Assembly: GCA_000999025.1 (NCBI GenBank)
Contig: LCFM01000001.1
Coordinates: 1,198 to 65,197 of the forward strand
Source: Parcubacteria group bacterium GW2011_GWA2_43_13
Lineage (GTDB): Bacteria; Patescibacteriota; Patescibacteriia; UBA9629; GWA2-43-13
DNA length: 64,000 bases
Reading direction: 5' to 3'
Shown here: positions 42,114 through 52,204 of the stretch, piece after piece
Numbering within the stretch: position 1 is the stretch's first letter
Layout of the letters: every line of letters starts with the position of its first letter
Notes under the pieces: model-generated
Seen by the model: the letters and a program-made list of their open reading frames with translations, nothing else
Told to the model about the DNA's origin: nothing
The model's database searches: none
Made by a program: the position numbers and the translations under genes

Positions 42114-43181
42114 TCACTTAAAAAGCGAAAGATATGTCTCTATATTATTCAACGTTGCAAGGCGTAAAGCAAGTGGTTCTTGGGATATAAAAAGATGACG
42201 CAGATACGCTTTTGTATATGTCCGCAGTTCTTCTAATTGCGAATCAGAATGTATTGGAGAAAAATCGTTTTTATATTGTTCATTGGTAATGGAGGTGGGG
42301 GCGACAGAGGGAAGATACAACCTTCCATGCCGGGCCTCGCGAGTTGGGATCACGCAATCAAACATATCAATCCCCTTTTTATATGCTTCGATCACTTGTT
42401 CCGGCTTTCCCACACCCATTAAATACCGCGGTTTATCTTCCGGCAAAATCGGAATCACCCAATCAAGAACTTTACGCGCTTCTTCCCACGGCTCGCCAAC
42501 CGATACCCCGCCAATCGCATACCCGTCAAACGGCATATCAACCAATGTTCGCGCGCATTGTTCACGCAAATCCTGATACATCCCACCCTGAACAATGGCA
42601 AACAGTAAATAATCGCCTTTATTTTTTTGTTTATACTTTAACGAACGCTCGGCCCATCGCAGAGTGCGTTCCATATCCTGCCCTGCTTTTTCATGTGTAC
42701 ATGGATATTCAGAACATACATCCAACACCATGCGGATATCAGAACCGATTGTGTCTTGAATTTCCAAAACTCGCTCCGGAGTAAAAAAATGCTTTGCTCC
42801 TGAAATATGATCGCGAAATTCCACACCGTTGTTAGTTATACGAACAAGAGATTTCTCTATCTGGAGAGACGGAGTTAACCCCGTCTCTCCATGACTGCTA
42901 TGACGCTTTATCCTGCCTAACGAAAATACCTGATAGCCACCGCTATCAGTTAAAATCGGCTTATCCCATTTCATAAAGCCATGCAACCCGCCTGCCTCTT
43001 TTAAACACTCTTCCCCGGGGCGCAAGTACATATGATAGGTATTGGAAAGAATAATGGTTGCTCCTAATTGCTCAAGGTCGCGCGTTGTCAGTGACTTTAC
43101 CGCCCCTTTTGTTGCAATAGGCATGAAGAAGGGGGTTCGCAATTCTCCATGTGGTGTTATGATTGCCAACTTTCTTATCAT
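42114..43181 (-). CDS. tgt: tRNA-guanine transglycosylase
   Basis: TPFFMP, NTYH, TDSGGYQVFSL, IVQGG, RYLMGVG, DMFDCV. Confidence 0.95.
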   Translation of the reverse strand: MIRKLAIITPHGELRTPFFMPIATKGAVKSLTTRDLEQLGATIILSNTYHMYLRPGEECLKEAGGLHGFMKWDKPILTDSGGYQVFSLGRIKRHSSHGETGLTPSLQIEKSLVRITNNGVEFRDHISGAKHFFTPERVLEIQDTIGSDIRMVLDVCSEYPCTHEKAGQDMERTLRWAERSLKYKQKNKGDYLLFAIVQGGMYQDLREQCARTLVDMPFDGYAIGGVSVGEPWEEARKVLDWVIPILPEDKPRYLMGVGKPEQVIEAYKKGIDMFDCVIPTREARHGRLYLPSVAPTSITNEQYKNDFSPIHSDSQLEELRTYTKAYLRHLFISQEPLALRLATLNNIETYLSLFK

Positions 43182-43267
43182 ATCTATCAATGCATCGAAA
43201 TAAAAAAGCAAAAATTAAAAATTAAAATGACAATGTAAATATTGTAAAACATTCTTTAGTATTTACA

Positions 43268-44758
43268 TTAAATTGCTCGATCATCTCCTTGTTGCGGTTG
43301 AGGCGCGGTAATAACTGCCTCTTGCAATTCGCTGGTATACTTAAGCGGAGCTTGAATATCAGGCGATTGCGCCTCAAGTCGCGCTTGAGCTGTCACCTTA
43401 AATTCCGTAATCGTAGCATCAAGAGGAACATCTAAAATATTCACAGAAAAGCTCATAGCCGCGCCATCATTGGTGTTGAATGTCTCAAGTTGAGACAACT
43501 CCTCTTTTGTCCATGTCAAGGTGAGCGATCCTTGTGCTTTTTTCATACTCGGAGTTGAACGTGGGAATCTAAAACTATCACTGTCTATGATCCCTTCTTC
43601 ATCCTCAATAACAACTCTTAAAATTCCGTCTTTCAACACAATATCACTGTGGTTCGTCAGTACCACGGTATAGGCAAGCTCGCCGCCAAATTGCAATACA
43701 TCAGAGGTTGATGTTTGAGAAAGCTGAAGATCAACATCAGGAGTAACAAATGTGGCAATATGAGACACCTGTGCTTGAATAATAAATTGATCATTTTCAA
43801 CAATCCCGACTTGAGCGACAAACTCAAGAGCTTGGTCGCGTTTGCCTGCAACTGTGCCTTTTATGGTAATAACCCCTTCCTGACTTGGAGTCAATACACC
43901 TTGCTCCCAATCATTTTCCCTCGATGGTTCAGGCGTTTTACTGATAATACCCAATCCTTGCGGAGGGACAAGCCGGACCACAATGCCCTGCATATCAGCC
44001 GAACTGGTATTGATATACTTCACGATATAACTCACTTCTTGGCCGTCAATAAATGATGACGGAGCATCCACAGTCATAACAATCACTGAATTTTTGATTT
44101 CTGTTTCAAATTGCGCCTTTTTGCTGAATCTTGAATGAAAATTAAGCGGAGTATACGAAAGCGTCGCTTGTAGTTCTTTTTTTTCACCAACCGAACCTAT
44201 CACCTGTCCGATAATCTCAAGTTTCTTTGTTTCCCCTGGCTCCAAAGACCCAACTTTCCAAATCGTATTATACGAATTCACCGGCTGATCAGGCGCGCTT
44301 CTTAAAAAAATAAACTGATCAGAGTAGCGAAGCACTAATTCAAGGTCGCGCACAAGCACGTTCTCATTATTCGTATACACAACAGTAAAACGCGTTTCTT
44401 CGCCCGAGGCAACTTGCGCATTCCCCTCCAACGCAACCGATACGCCACTTTCAAATTTCCCATCAGGCAATAATTTTACTGAATTAAAATTCACTTGCGA
44501 ATTTTTTATAACATACACCCATACAAACCACGAACCGACGCTCACAACTAATAACGCGATCACCCATACCGTTATCACATGCCATACTCCCGGCGCTTTC
44601 TCAAGTTTGGTAAAGTCCTCTTTTGTCCCACCCTGTTCTTGATAGATTTCTTTGAGCGCTGTGTTTTCTAATTTTTCTTGTTCAGGCGAAACGAGATTCT
44701 CCTGAACGAGTATTTCATTGCTGGTTGATTCTTGTTTCTGTTTCTTGTTTTGAGACAT
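43268..44758 (-). CDS. Single-TM protein with extracellular Ig-like (DUF11-like) domains
   Basis: TM near residue 60, then three beta-rich repeats (GEETRFTVVYTN, GQEVSYIVKYIN, GGELAYTVVLTN). Confidence 0.72.
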   Translation of the reverse strand: MSQNKKQKQESTSNEILVQENLVSPEQEKLENTALKEIYQEQGGTKEDFTKLEKAPGVWHVITVWVIALLVVSVGSWFVWVYVIKNSQVNFNSVKLLPDGKFESGVSVALEGNAQVASGEETRFTVVYTNNENVLVRDLELVLRYSDQFIFLRSAPDQPVNSYNTIWKVGSLEPGETKKLEIIGQVIGSVGEKKELQATLSYTPLNFHSRFSKKAQFETEIKNSVIVMTVDAPSSFIDGQEVSYIVKYINTSSADMQGIVVRLVPPQGLGIISKTPEPSRENDWEQGVLTPSQEGVITIKGTVAGKRDQALEFVAQVGIVENDQFIIQAQVSHIATFVTPDVDLQLSQTSTSDVLQFGGELAYTVVLTNHSDIVLKDGILRVVIEDEEGIIDSDSFRFPRSTPSMKKAQGSLTLTWTKEELSQLETFNTNDGAAMSFSVNILDVPLDATITEFKVTAQARLEAQSPDIQAPLKYTSELQEAVITAPQPQQGDDRAI

Positions 44759-44809
44759 AGAATATAAAAATACAAAATTCAAAGCACGAAATTCGAAACT
44801 TATAAAATC

Positions 44810-45592
44810 CTAATGAACTACAGGAGAAAAAACCGCGCGATGAAAAAGAATACTGCGAGGAATGACTGCGTCTCCAAGGCAGTATTGATAATAATGTAAA
44901 ATAAGGCGTGCAATGCCTCTGTCTTCAGGTGATAGTGTATCACGCTTGCGCCAAATCGCCAACGGCGCAGTCATTAAAAAATGGAGCGTTTCAAGGCCTT
45001 CTCTGCTTGTTGGCCACATAACAGCAGAAACACCCTCTTTCATGCATTCATTACACACAAATCCTGCTTCGATAAAATGAAAAAAAGACGCTTGTGCTTG
45101 AGCTCCTGACAACTCTGTTTTACACCGCACGCATGCAGTCACGTGAGGAGCAAATCCCAGCAGAGCCATCAATTTCCAAATAACATGGTAAATCAACATG
45201 GGAGGGTGATCAGAATCGTTATTCAACGCATCAAATGCTTGGTGAATATGAGTATACACGGCATAATCCTCAAATCCTGATTTTGTAAGAAGATCAACTG
45301 CTTCAGCAATAACACCAGCGCACGCAAGTCCGGAAAGCGTTGTTTTAAGCGTTGAAAACGCATCTAATGTAATGCTTTGTGTCAAAACATCCCACCGCCT
45401 GCCATCGGCAACCATCAACTTACTGACTGTGTATGGCTCAAGGTGGCCGGCAAGCTTGGAAAGTAATTTTCCAGTCCCCTTGCCTATCACATCAATTTTG
45501 CCATGCTCTTTGGTATAAATCGTAAAAATCCTATCAAAATCACGATAGGGATAATATTTTAACACAATCCCTTCAGTGATGTAGGTGGACAT
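44810..45592 (-). CDS. recO: DNA repair protein RecO
   Basis: TEGIVL, DRIFTIYTKEHGKI, LGFAP...CVRC...CNEC zinc finger. Confidence 0.92.
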   Translation of the reverse strand: MSTYITEGIVLKYYPYRDFDRIFTIYTKEHGKIDVIGKGTGKLLSKLAGHLEPYTVSKLMVADGRRWDVLTQSITLDAFSTLKTTLSGLACAGVIAEAVDLLTKSGFEDYAVYTHIHQAFDALNNDSDHPPMLIYHVIWKLMALLGFAPHVTACVRCKTELSGAQAQASFFHFIEAGFVCNECMKEGVSAVMWPTSREGLETLHFLMTAPLAIWRKRDTLSPEDRGIARLILHYYQYCLGDAVIPRSILFHRAVFSPVVH

Positions 45593-45620
45593 ATAATGAC
45601 ATGTAACACGTAACAAGTTG

Positions 45621-48605
45621 TTATGTGTTTTTTGTTATGTGTTTTTTGTTTTTTATCGTCAACCGTACACTCATGTTTTCCCCATCTATGTCCAACTCTT
45701 CATCACCAGTGCCTGCGACTATATCACTCGCAATCACCGCCCACTTGATATCCTTGGCATATAATGCCAGCACTCCGCGAAGCGCATCAGAATCAGTCGA
45801 ATATTCAAGCACAATAGAATCATTGATTGTTAATTTCTTTTTTTTGCGAAGCGCGTTAATTTGGCGAGTCAACTCACGCACATATCCTTCTTGTCGCAAT
45901 GATACGTCTATCACAGTCGAAAGCGCGATGACATGGTTCTGCCCGATCCATCCTTCTCCCTGCGGCCACGCATCCTCACTCTTTAGGGTCACTTTTTTTA
46001 CATTAACGCGGTCGGCAATAATATCACGCAAATCATCAGAAATATCATCCGCTATCACCAATTCCGATAATGGTTGACGGACCTTAATTTTTGCTTCAGC
46101 TCGCAACGCAAGCGCATGATCAATAATCTCCCACACGCGGGACATATCAACCAAAACCCCATCCCGATCACTTGAAAAACTCGGCCAGTCAACGCCATGC
46201 ACCGAATCTGCGCCAACAATATCACGGTATACATATTCCGCGATAAACGGAGCAAATGGCGCAATCAATTTTGCGAATTCCATTAACACATATCGCAAGA
46301 CCTCTTTTGACTCCTCATTCCCTTCACGAAACCGATCACGGCTCAACTGAATATAGCCAGTTGAAAGATCGGTCATATATTTCTCAATTTCACGCGCGGC
46401 AGTCACTACCTGATATGATTCCAAATGAGAAGTGACCATATCTATTGTTTCATTCAAACGAGCTATAATCCACTTATCTAAAATATGATGAGGATCTAAC
46501 CTCGACACCTGACCTCCAGCACCCGAAACCTGGTAGAGTTGATAAAATGCCAAACAGTTGACCAAGGGGATAAACATTCTTCTTTGCACTTTTTTCAATT
46601 CTTCTGCATCAAACCGAATCGGCGTACCTGGCTGGCTGACGGTATAAAAATACCATCTGATAGTATCAAAACCGAACTCATCGCCTAATGCGATCGGATC
46701 CACCACATTGCCTTTTGATTTTGACATCTTTTTCCCGTGCTTATCCAATACATGGGCAAAGGTAATGACATTTTTATACGGCGATTCCAATCCCAAAGCA
46801 GTTGCAATGGCTTGCAAGGTATAAAACCACCCACGCGTTTGGTCAATCGCCTCGCTGATGTAATCCGCCGGATATGGGATACGACCAGCAATATTCGTAT
46901 CATTCGCGTACATTCGTGTATTGGCGTCGTATTTCTGAAACGGATAATGATATTGCGCAAATGGCATTGCGCCAGAATCAAACCATACATCAACCACCTC
47001 TGGCACACGCTTCATCTGCTCGCCGGTATCAGGATGAGATAATTCCACTTCATCAAGATACGGCCGGTGATAATCCTTTTCAGCTATCTTGCCACGGAAA
47101 TGTTCAATCGCTTCCCGTATCGCATCTTTTTTCTCTGCTTGGTTTCGCGTCAATCCCAAAAATGTTTCCTCACCGTTCTTAGTAACCCAAATCGGCAATG
47201 GCGTACCCCAATATCGATCGCGCGATAATGCCCAATCCTTCACATTCTCAAGCCACTCTCCCATTCTGCCGTCACGGATATATTCAGGAACCCAGTGAAC
47301 ACTTTTATTGTTCGCTATCAGCTGATCTTTCACCTTTGTCATTGCAATAAAATACGATGGCTTTGCATAGTACAGTAATGGCGTTTCGCACCGCCAGCAA
47401 AACGGATAATCATGTTCATAATCCTCGATGCGCAATAATCTACTTCGTTCTTGAATATCTTGAGTGATCACGCTATCCGCATCTTTTGCAAATAGTCCTT
47501 TCCCAGGCACATCTGCGCTGATAGCGCCTGCAAGATCTACGGTCTGAAAAACAGGCAAGTTCTCCTTGATCCCTACTTCGTAATCATCTTCGCCAAAAGC
47601 CGGAGCAATATGAACGATACCTGACCCATCCGTTGTGCTGACAAATTCCGCTCCAATAACGTGATACGCAAAAGTCGTATCCTGTGCCAAAGCGCTCATA
47701 TCATAGAGTGGCTCGTAGACAATCCCTATCAATTCCTTTCCTAAAAACGTTTTTTCAACTTTATACGGCTCTTTCCCAAATACACCAGCAACCCTGCTCA
47801 ATGCTAACACATAATACTGATCTATTGATGTTACAAGCGCATATTCAATGGTTGAATTCACTGCTAACGCGACATTGCCCGGCAATGTCCATGGAGTCGT
47901 GGTCCATGCAATACACTCCACCTGATCAATCCCCCAATCAACAGGAATATTTTTGATTGGAAATGTTACATATACCGACGGCTCTTTAATTTTTTTATAC
48001 CCTAATGCAAGTTCGTGCGATGACAATGCTGTGCCACACCGCGCGCAATACGGCATCACTTTGTGTCCGCGATACAAAAATCCTTTTTTCCATAATTCTC
48101 CCAGCACCCACCACACGCTTTCGATATATTCATTTGTATATGTGATATAAGGAGTATTCATGTCTAACCAATATGCCATGCGCTCTGTTAAAACCTCAAA
48201 ATCATGCTGATACTCCCACACGCTTTCTTTACACTGCTTATTAAACTCGATGATACTCTGCCGCGAGTCATGTGGTACAATATTTTCTATCTGTTGTTTG
48301 CCTGATATGTTTAATTTTTTTTCCACCTGCAATTCAACAGGAAGTCCGTGCGTATCCCAACCGGCTTTACGCTCTACATGATACCCTTGCATGGTTTTAA
48401 ACCGCGGATATACATCTTTAAACGCGCGCGCCAGCACATGATGAATTCCGGGCTTGCCATTTGCAGTAGGCGGACCTTCATAAAATACAAAGTCGCCAGA
48501 CGGAGCGTCTTTGTGAACTGTTTTTGAAAAAATATCGTGCTTTTTCCAGTATTCCAAAATATCTTTTTCAATGTGAGGAAAATTTGGGATAGACATAGAC
48601 GTCAT
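45621..48605 (-). CDS. ileS: Isoleucyl-tRNA synthetase, type 2
   Basis: EGPPTANGKPGIHH, GWDTHGLP, WTTTPWT, DWALSRDRYWG, DQTRGWF, KMSKS; type 2 C-terminus. Confidence 0.96.
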   Translation of the reverse strand: MTSMSIPNFPHIEKDILEYWKKHDIFSKTVHKDAPSGDFVFYEGPPTANGKPGIHHVLARAFKDVYPRFKTMQGYHVERKAGWDTHGLPVELQVEKKLNISGKQQIENIVPHDSRQSIIEFNKQCKESVWEYQHDFEVLTERMAYWLDMNTPYITYTNEYIESVWWVLGELWKKGFLYRGHKVMPYCARCGTALSSHELALGYKKIKEPSVYVTFPIKNIPVDWGIDQVECIAWTTTPWTLPGNVALAVNSTIEYALVTSIDQYYVLALSRVAGVFGKEPYKVEKTFLGKELIGIVYEPLYDMSALAQDTTFAYHVIGAEFVSTTDGSGIVHIAPAFGEDDYEVGIKENLPVFQTVDLAGAISADVPGKGLFAKDADSVITQDIQERSRLLRIEDYEHDYPFCWRCETPLLYYAKPSYFIAMTKVKDQLIANNKSVHWVPEYIRDGRMGEWLENVKDWALSRDRYWGTPLPIWVTKNGEETFLGLTRNQAEKKDAIREAIEHFRGKIAEKDYHRPYLDEVELSHPDTGEQMKRVPEVVDVWFDSGAMPFAQYHYPFQKYDANTRMYANDTNIAGRIPYPADYISEAIDQTRGWFYTLQAIATALGLESPYKNVITFAHVLDKHGKKMSKSKGNVVDPIALGDEFGFDTIRWYFYTVSQPGTPIRFDAEELKKVQRRMFIPLVNCLAFYQLYQVSGAGGQVSRLDPHHILDKWIIARLNETIDMVTSHLESYQVVTAAREIEKYMTDLSTGYIQLSRDRFREGNEESKEVLRYVLMEFAKLIAPFAPFIAEYVYRDIVGADSVHGVDWPSFSSDRDGVLVDMSRVWEIIDHALALRAEAKIKVRQPLSELVIADDISDDLRDIIADRVNVKKVTLKSEDAWPQGEGWIGQNHVIALSTVIDVSLRQEGYVRELTRQINALRKKKKLTINDSIVLEYSTDSDALRGVLALYAKDIKWAVIASDIVAGTGDEELDIDGENMSVRLTIKNKKHITKNT

Positions 48606-48795
48606 TGTTACATTGTTGGATTATTGAATACCAGCTAACAATAAAGCAACTATACCACTATACCATGCTTTTTCAATAAAAAAGACATGGAGAGGATACC
48701 ATGACTGTTTACCATAAACATATAATTTTTTCAATAAAACTATCGCTCCCTCTCCTTGATAAGAAGAGGGTTGGGGTGAGGGTATACACTCCCTA

Positions 48796-49614
48796 TTATT
48801 CATCCAACCGTACCGCGTTGATCATTTTCTCAACAGCCGCATTCATACCTGAAGAAAGCGCATGTGTCCATGACCCGCTTTCATTGGCACCTGTCTCATA
48901 AATCTTAATTCCAGCAACATGTGATTGTTCCTGTTGTTGAATCAGCTCGCGCGCGACGATACGCTCCTGCGCGCGATTCCACTCATCACCCACTTCTCCG
49001 ACTTTTTGCCATATGACTTCAGTTCCGGCTATAATCCGGGCAACAAAACCCTGCGATGGAGGTTGAACTCCTTGAAAAAATCCAATACTGCCTAAAAACG
49101 CGGTTACTGCAAGAATACCAATCAATGAACTTATCAACACTCGCTCTAAAACCGTTTGATTCAACACCAACCTCGTAAACAGCATGCATACCGCGCCGAT
49201 ACGCACCCAAAAAGAAAAAGAATGCTTTGGCGGTTGCGGCACACACATACCCACTGTCTTCTGTGATATATTTTGTACTATTAGTTCTGCCTCAGAGTGT
49301 ACTTGTTTCTTGTTTTGTGTGTATTGTACTGGTGATGTGTATTCTTGTTTTTTCCCGCCAGGAACGGATCCGCCTTTGGCGAAATTATTTGTTTTTTGTC
49401 CACTTGCATTGTACGCTTCTTTTTTTTGTTCCCATGACGATTGATCAATATAATCATCAACCCATGCGCGGGTTGTTACCCACGAGCGGCCCTGTTTCAC
49501 TGCTTTTAATTTCCCCTGACGAGCGCGCAGAGAAAGATATTCTTGGGAATATGGCGTACCCTGCGCCGCTTGAGTTAAAGAAATATATTCTGTTGATTGT
49601 TTTTTTTGTGGCAT
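48796..49614 (-). CDS. Membrane protein with an N-terminal MerR/excisionase-like HTH
   Basis: EYISLTQAA..TPYSQEYLSLRARQGKLKAVKQGRSWVTT, then one or two TM segments. Confidence 0.7.
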   Translation of the reverse strand: MPQKKQSTEYISLTQAAQGTPYSQEYLSLRARQGKLKAVKQGRSWVTTRAWVDDYIDQSSWEQKKEAYNASGQKTNNFAKGGSVPGGKKQEYTSPVQYTQNKKQVHSEAELIVQNISQKTVGMCVPQPPKHSFSFWVRIGAVCMLFTRLVLNQTVLERVLISSLIGILAVTAFLGSIGFFQGVQPPSQGFVARIIAGTEVIWQKVGEVGDEWNRAQERIVARELIQQQEQSHVAGIKIYETGANESGSWTHALSSGMNAAVEKMINAVRLDE

Positions 49615-49755
49615 AAAAAGTATCGGGTAAATTTTCTTTTTTATAGTATATCACCTCTTTACACATACCAACATATCATTTGTCCACACTGCATGACTCA
49701 TTATTGCTATATTGTTACATTGTTGTATTGTTATTATTGATAAATGAATGTAAGA

Positions 49756-49858
49756 CCTCCCCTCTCCTTGGTAAGGAGGGGAGACGCGTCGGTTCCCTCT
49801 CTTTTAAGAAGGAGAGGGTTAGGGTGAGGTATCCCCTCCTTTTTAAGGAGGGGGGAGA
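49756..49858. repeat. Cluster of three family B palindromes upstream of smpB
   Basis: CTCCCCTCTCCTTGGTAAGGAGGGGAG, CCCTCTCTTTTAAGAAGGAGAGGG, CCCCTCCTTTTTAAGGAGGGG. Confidence 0.85.
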
Positions 49859-49876
49859 AGTGGCGGTATTCTCAAT

Positions 49877-50329
49877 ATGCCAACTATTGCAACAAACAAA
49901 GAAGCTCTGCAGAATTACGAAGTTATGGAAACATCTGAAGCAGGGATTGTGCTCACCGGGCCGGAAGTGCGGAGTGTTAAGCGCGGGTCAATCCAATTAA
50001 AAGGGAGCTATTGCTCCTTGGACGGCAAAGGAGAATTATTTTTAAAAAACGCCCACATCTCCGCGTATAAGCCAGCGGCATCGGTTCAGCGTGATTACAC
50101 ACCAACGCACCGCAGAAAACTTTTACTTTCAAAACAGGAACTGCGATCGCTGATTGGAAAACTTCAAGCAAAAGGAATCACACTGATCCCCTTGCGCGTC
50201 TACACCACGCGCGGGCTTATTAAAGTGGAGCTTGGGTTGTGCAGAGGCAGAAAGACATACGACAAACGCGAACAAAAAAAGAAAAAAGATATCGAACGCG
50301 ATGTCAAAAGAGAGTTGCGGAAAAAATAA
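49877..50329 (+). CDS. smpB: SsrA-binding protein SmpB
   Basis: IATNK, EAGIVLTGPEVRS, RKLLL, LIPL, DKRE tail. Confidence 0.96.
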   Translation: MPTIATNKEALQNYEVMETSEAGIVLTGPEVRSVKRGSIQLKGSYCSLDGKGELFLKNAHISAYKPAASVQRDYTPTHRRKLLLSKQELRSLIGKLQAKGITLIPLRVYTTRGLIKVELGLCRGRKTYDKREQKKKKDIERDVKRELRKK

Positions 50330-50338
50330 TGTAGAAAT

Positions 50339-50368
50339 AAAAAAACACCCCATAATGGGGTGTTTTTT
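50339..50368. terminator. Bidirectional intrinsic terminator between smpB and rplT
   Basis: AAAAAACACCCCA-taa-TGGGGTGTTTTTT between convergent genes. Confidence 0.88.
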
Positions 50369-50373
50369 ATCAA

Positions 50374-50718
50374 TTACTCAATGCTCTTTACAATCTTTGT
50401 AAATACTTCGGGATGATTTTTTGCAATATTGGAAAGTACCTTTCTATCCAATTCAACATTCTTTATTTTCAGCGCGTGGATAAACTTTGAATACGATAGC
50501 CCCAATGGTCGCAGTGCCGCGTTCAGGCGGATTTGCCACAGCCGACGGAATGTGCGCTTTTTCTTTCTGCGATCATTATATGCGTGCTGACCAGCTTTCA
50601 TGACTGCGGTTTTCGCAAGTTTTATCTTATTTTTTCTCCCCCAACTAAAACCTTTCGCGCGCTTCATAATGCCAGCGCGGCGTTTTGTGTGCATTGTTCC
50701 TCGTTTAACTCTTGGCAT
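50374..50718 (-). CDS. rplT: 50S ribosomal protein L20
   Basis: MPRVKRG, RRKKKRTFRRLWQIRLNAA, LDRKVLS. Confidence 0.97.
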   Translation of the reverse strand: MPRVKRGTMHTKRRAGIMKRAKGFSWGRKNKIKLAKTAVMKAGQHAYNDRRKKKRTFRRLWQIRLNAALRPLGLSYSKFIHALKIKNVELDRKVLSNIAKNHPEVFTKIVKSIE

Positions 50719-50731
50719 ACTCATTAAAGGC

Positions 50732-50804
50732 GACACCAATACGCGAATGTCACACGAATGACACAAATCTTCGCGTCATTCGCGTGTATTCGTGTATTGA
50801 TGTC
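50732..50804. repeat. Family C long imperfect hairpin (ATTCGTG-type)
   Basis: Shares ATGACACAAATxTTCGCGTCATTCGCGTGTATTCGTGTATTG with 51033-51104. Confidence 0.85.
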
Positions 50805-50815
50805 TCATTATATTA

Positions 50816-51019
50816 CTAACTGTACGGCAATAACTTTTTAAGATTACCTGCTATCGTATCGCTCACAAGTCCATCACGGCGTTTATTTCGTCTTGCCTTA
50901 CCGGTCTCTCGTGAATTAAAATGGTCCTGACCTGCGGTTCTGTGAACCATCTTGCCACTCTTTTTAACTTTCACCCGCTTTACAGCGGCTTTATGTGTTT
51001 TGAGTTTCATTTTCGGCAT
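50816..51019 (-). CDS. rpmI: 50S ribosomal protein L35
   Basis: KLKTHKAAVKRVK..KSGK...LLPY; between infC and rplT. Confidence 0.93.
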   Translation of the reverse strand: MPKMKLKTHKAAVKRVKVKKSGKMVHRTAGQDHFNSRETGKARRNKRRDGLVSDTIAGNLKKLLPYS

Positions 51020-51032
51020 ATACTACGCATTA

Positions 51033-51104
51033 AATGCGACACCGATACACAAATGACACAAATATTCGCGTCATTCGCGTGTATTCGTGTATTGGTATCG
51101 CATT
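51033..51104. repeat. Family C long imperfect hairpin
   Basis: Second copy, in the infC-rpmI spacer, touching the infC stop codon. Confidence 0.85.
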
Positions 51105-51657
51105 AGTCACTTTTTGCTTGTAAAATCATAAACAATTTCGGGCCTTGTGATTGAAGTGGCGTATCAATAGTTGCGTCCTGTGAAAGCATATCGCTAAAGA
51201 TATGAAACACCTCCTCTGCTCGGTCCCGATGCGCCTTCTCTCGACCGCGCATCACAATTTCAGCTTTCACCTTATGTCCTTTTTCAAAAAATTTCAAGGC
51301 CTGCTTCTTGCGAACCTCTAAATCATGCTCTTTCATCCCCACAGAAAGCCGCACTCCCTTTACTTCAACTGCCTTTACTTTTGCCTTTTGCTTTTGCCGT
51401 TTTTTCTGCTCTTGATAGTTAAAACTGCCCCAATTCTCAAATTTGCATACCGGTGGCACTGCAACAGGCGATACTTCTATCAAATCATATCCCCGCTCTT
51501 CTGCCAATGACAAGGCATCTCGGGTTTTCATAACCCCAAGATTATTTCCCGCTTCATCAACAACCCGTACTTCTGGAACGCGAATACGATCATTCACTCG
51601 AAATAATGGCTGTTGTATCTGGCGTCTTTTATAATGACTAACTCGACGTATTCTCAT
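51103..51657 (-). CDS. infC: Translation initiation factor IF-3
   Basis: NDRIRVPEVRVV, DLIEVSP...PPVCK, KVK...MRGRE. Confidence 0.96.
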   Translation of the reverse strand: MRIRRVSHYKRRQIQQPLFRVNDRIRVPEVRVVDEAGNNLGVMKTRDALSLAEERGYDLIEVSPVAVPPVCKFENWGSFNYQEQKKRQKQKAKVKAVEVKGVRLSVGMKEHDLEVRKKQALKFFEKGHKVKAEIVMRGREKAHRDRAEEVFHIFSDMLSQDATIDTPLQSQGPKLFMILQAKSD

Positions 51658-51953
51658 CTCGATTCTTGATCATTTGAAGTAGGAATATCCTCCCACCCTA
51701 TTGATCGTAAAAAATGGTGTAATTGATGTTTTAATTGCCGTCTCCCTTTACTAGTTTTAAGAAATTGCTCCCGAACAACCGCATCAATTTTCAATATATA
51801 CACTTCGTAGTATACCAATTTCAATGGTCTTCGCCCCTTCGTTGATATAACCATGCCTTGGTTGTGAACATGGACACGATTTTTGAGATCTGATGAACTC
51901 CCAATATAGAAACCATTATCCTTTGTGCTATGAAGAATATACACATAATACAT
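51654..51953 (-). CDS. Small stand-alone GIY-YIG nuclease
   Basis: YYVYIL...FYIG..DL..R...HN.G...STK.RRPLKLVYYE...A..RE..LK. Confidence 0.9.
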   Translation of the reverse strand: MYYVYILHSTKDNGFYIGSSSDLKNRVHVHNQGMVISTKGRRPLKLVYYEVYILKIDAVVREQFLKTSKGRRQLKHQLHHFLRSIGWEDIPTSNDQESR

Positions 51954-52204
51954 AGCATTCTATCTATTGGCACGGGGACCTGGCACTCCGCTTCGCTTCG
52001 GCCTGGGCATGGCACTTCTCCCTTCTTCAGGTGCTCACACTATAATAACCTACTTGTGGCTTGCCGCGGTCTTGGCCCCGTCACTTCGTTCGCTCATGCT
52101 CACTTCGGACAGGGCACGACACTCGCATATATTATTCAAACTTCAACGCTCTATCAAATGCTTCTGGCTTGCCACGACCGAGCCATCGAAAATGGCGAGT
52201 GTCG

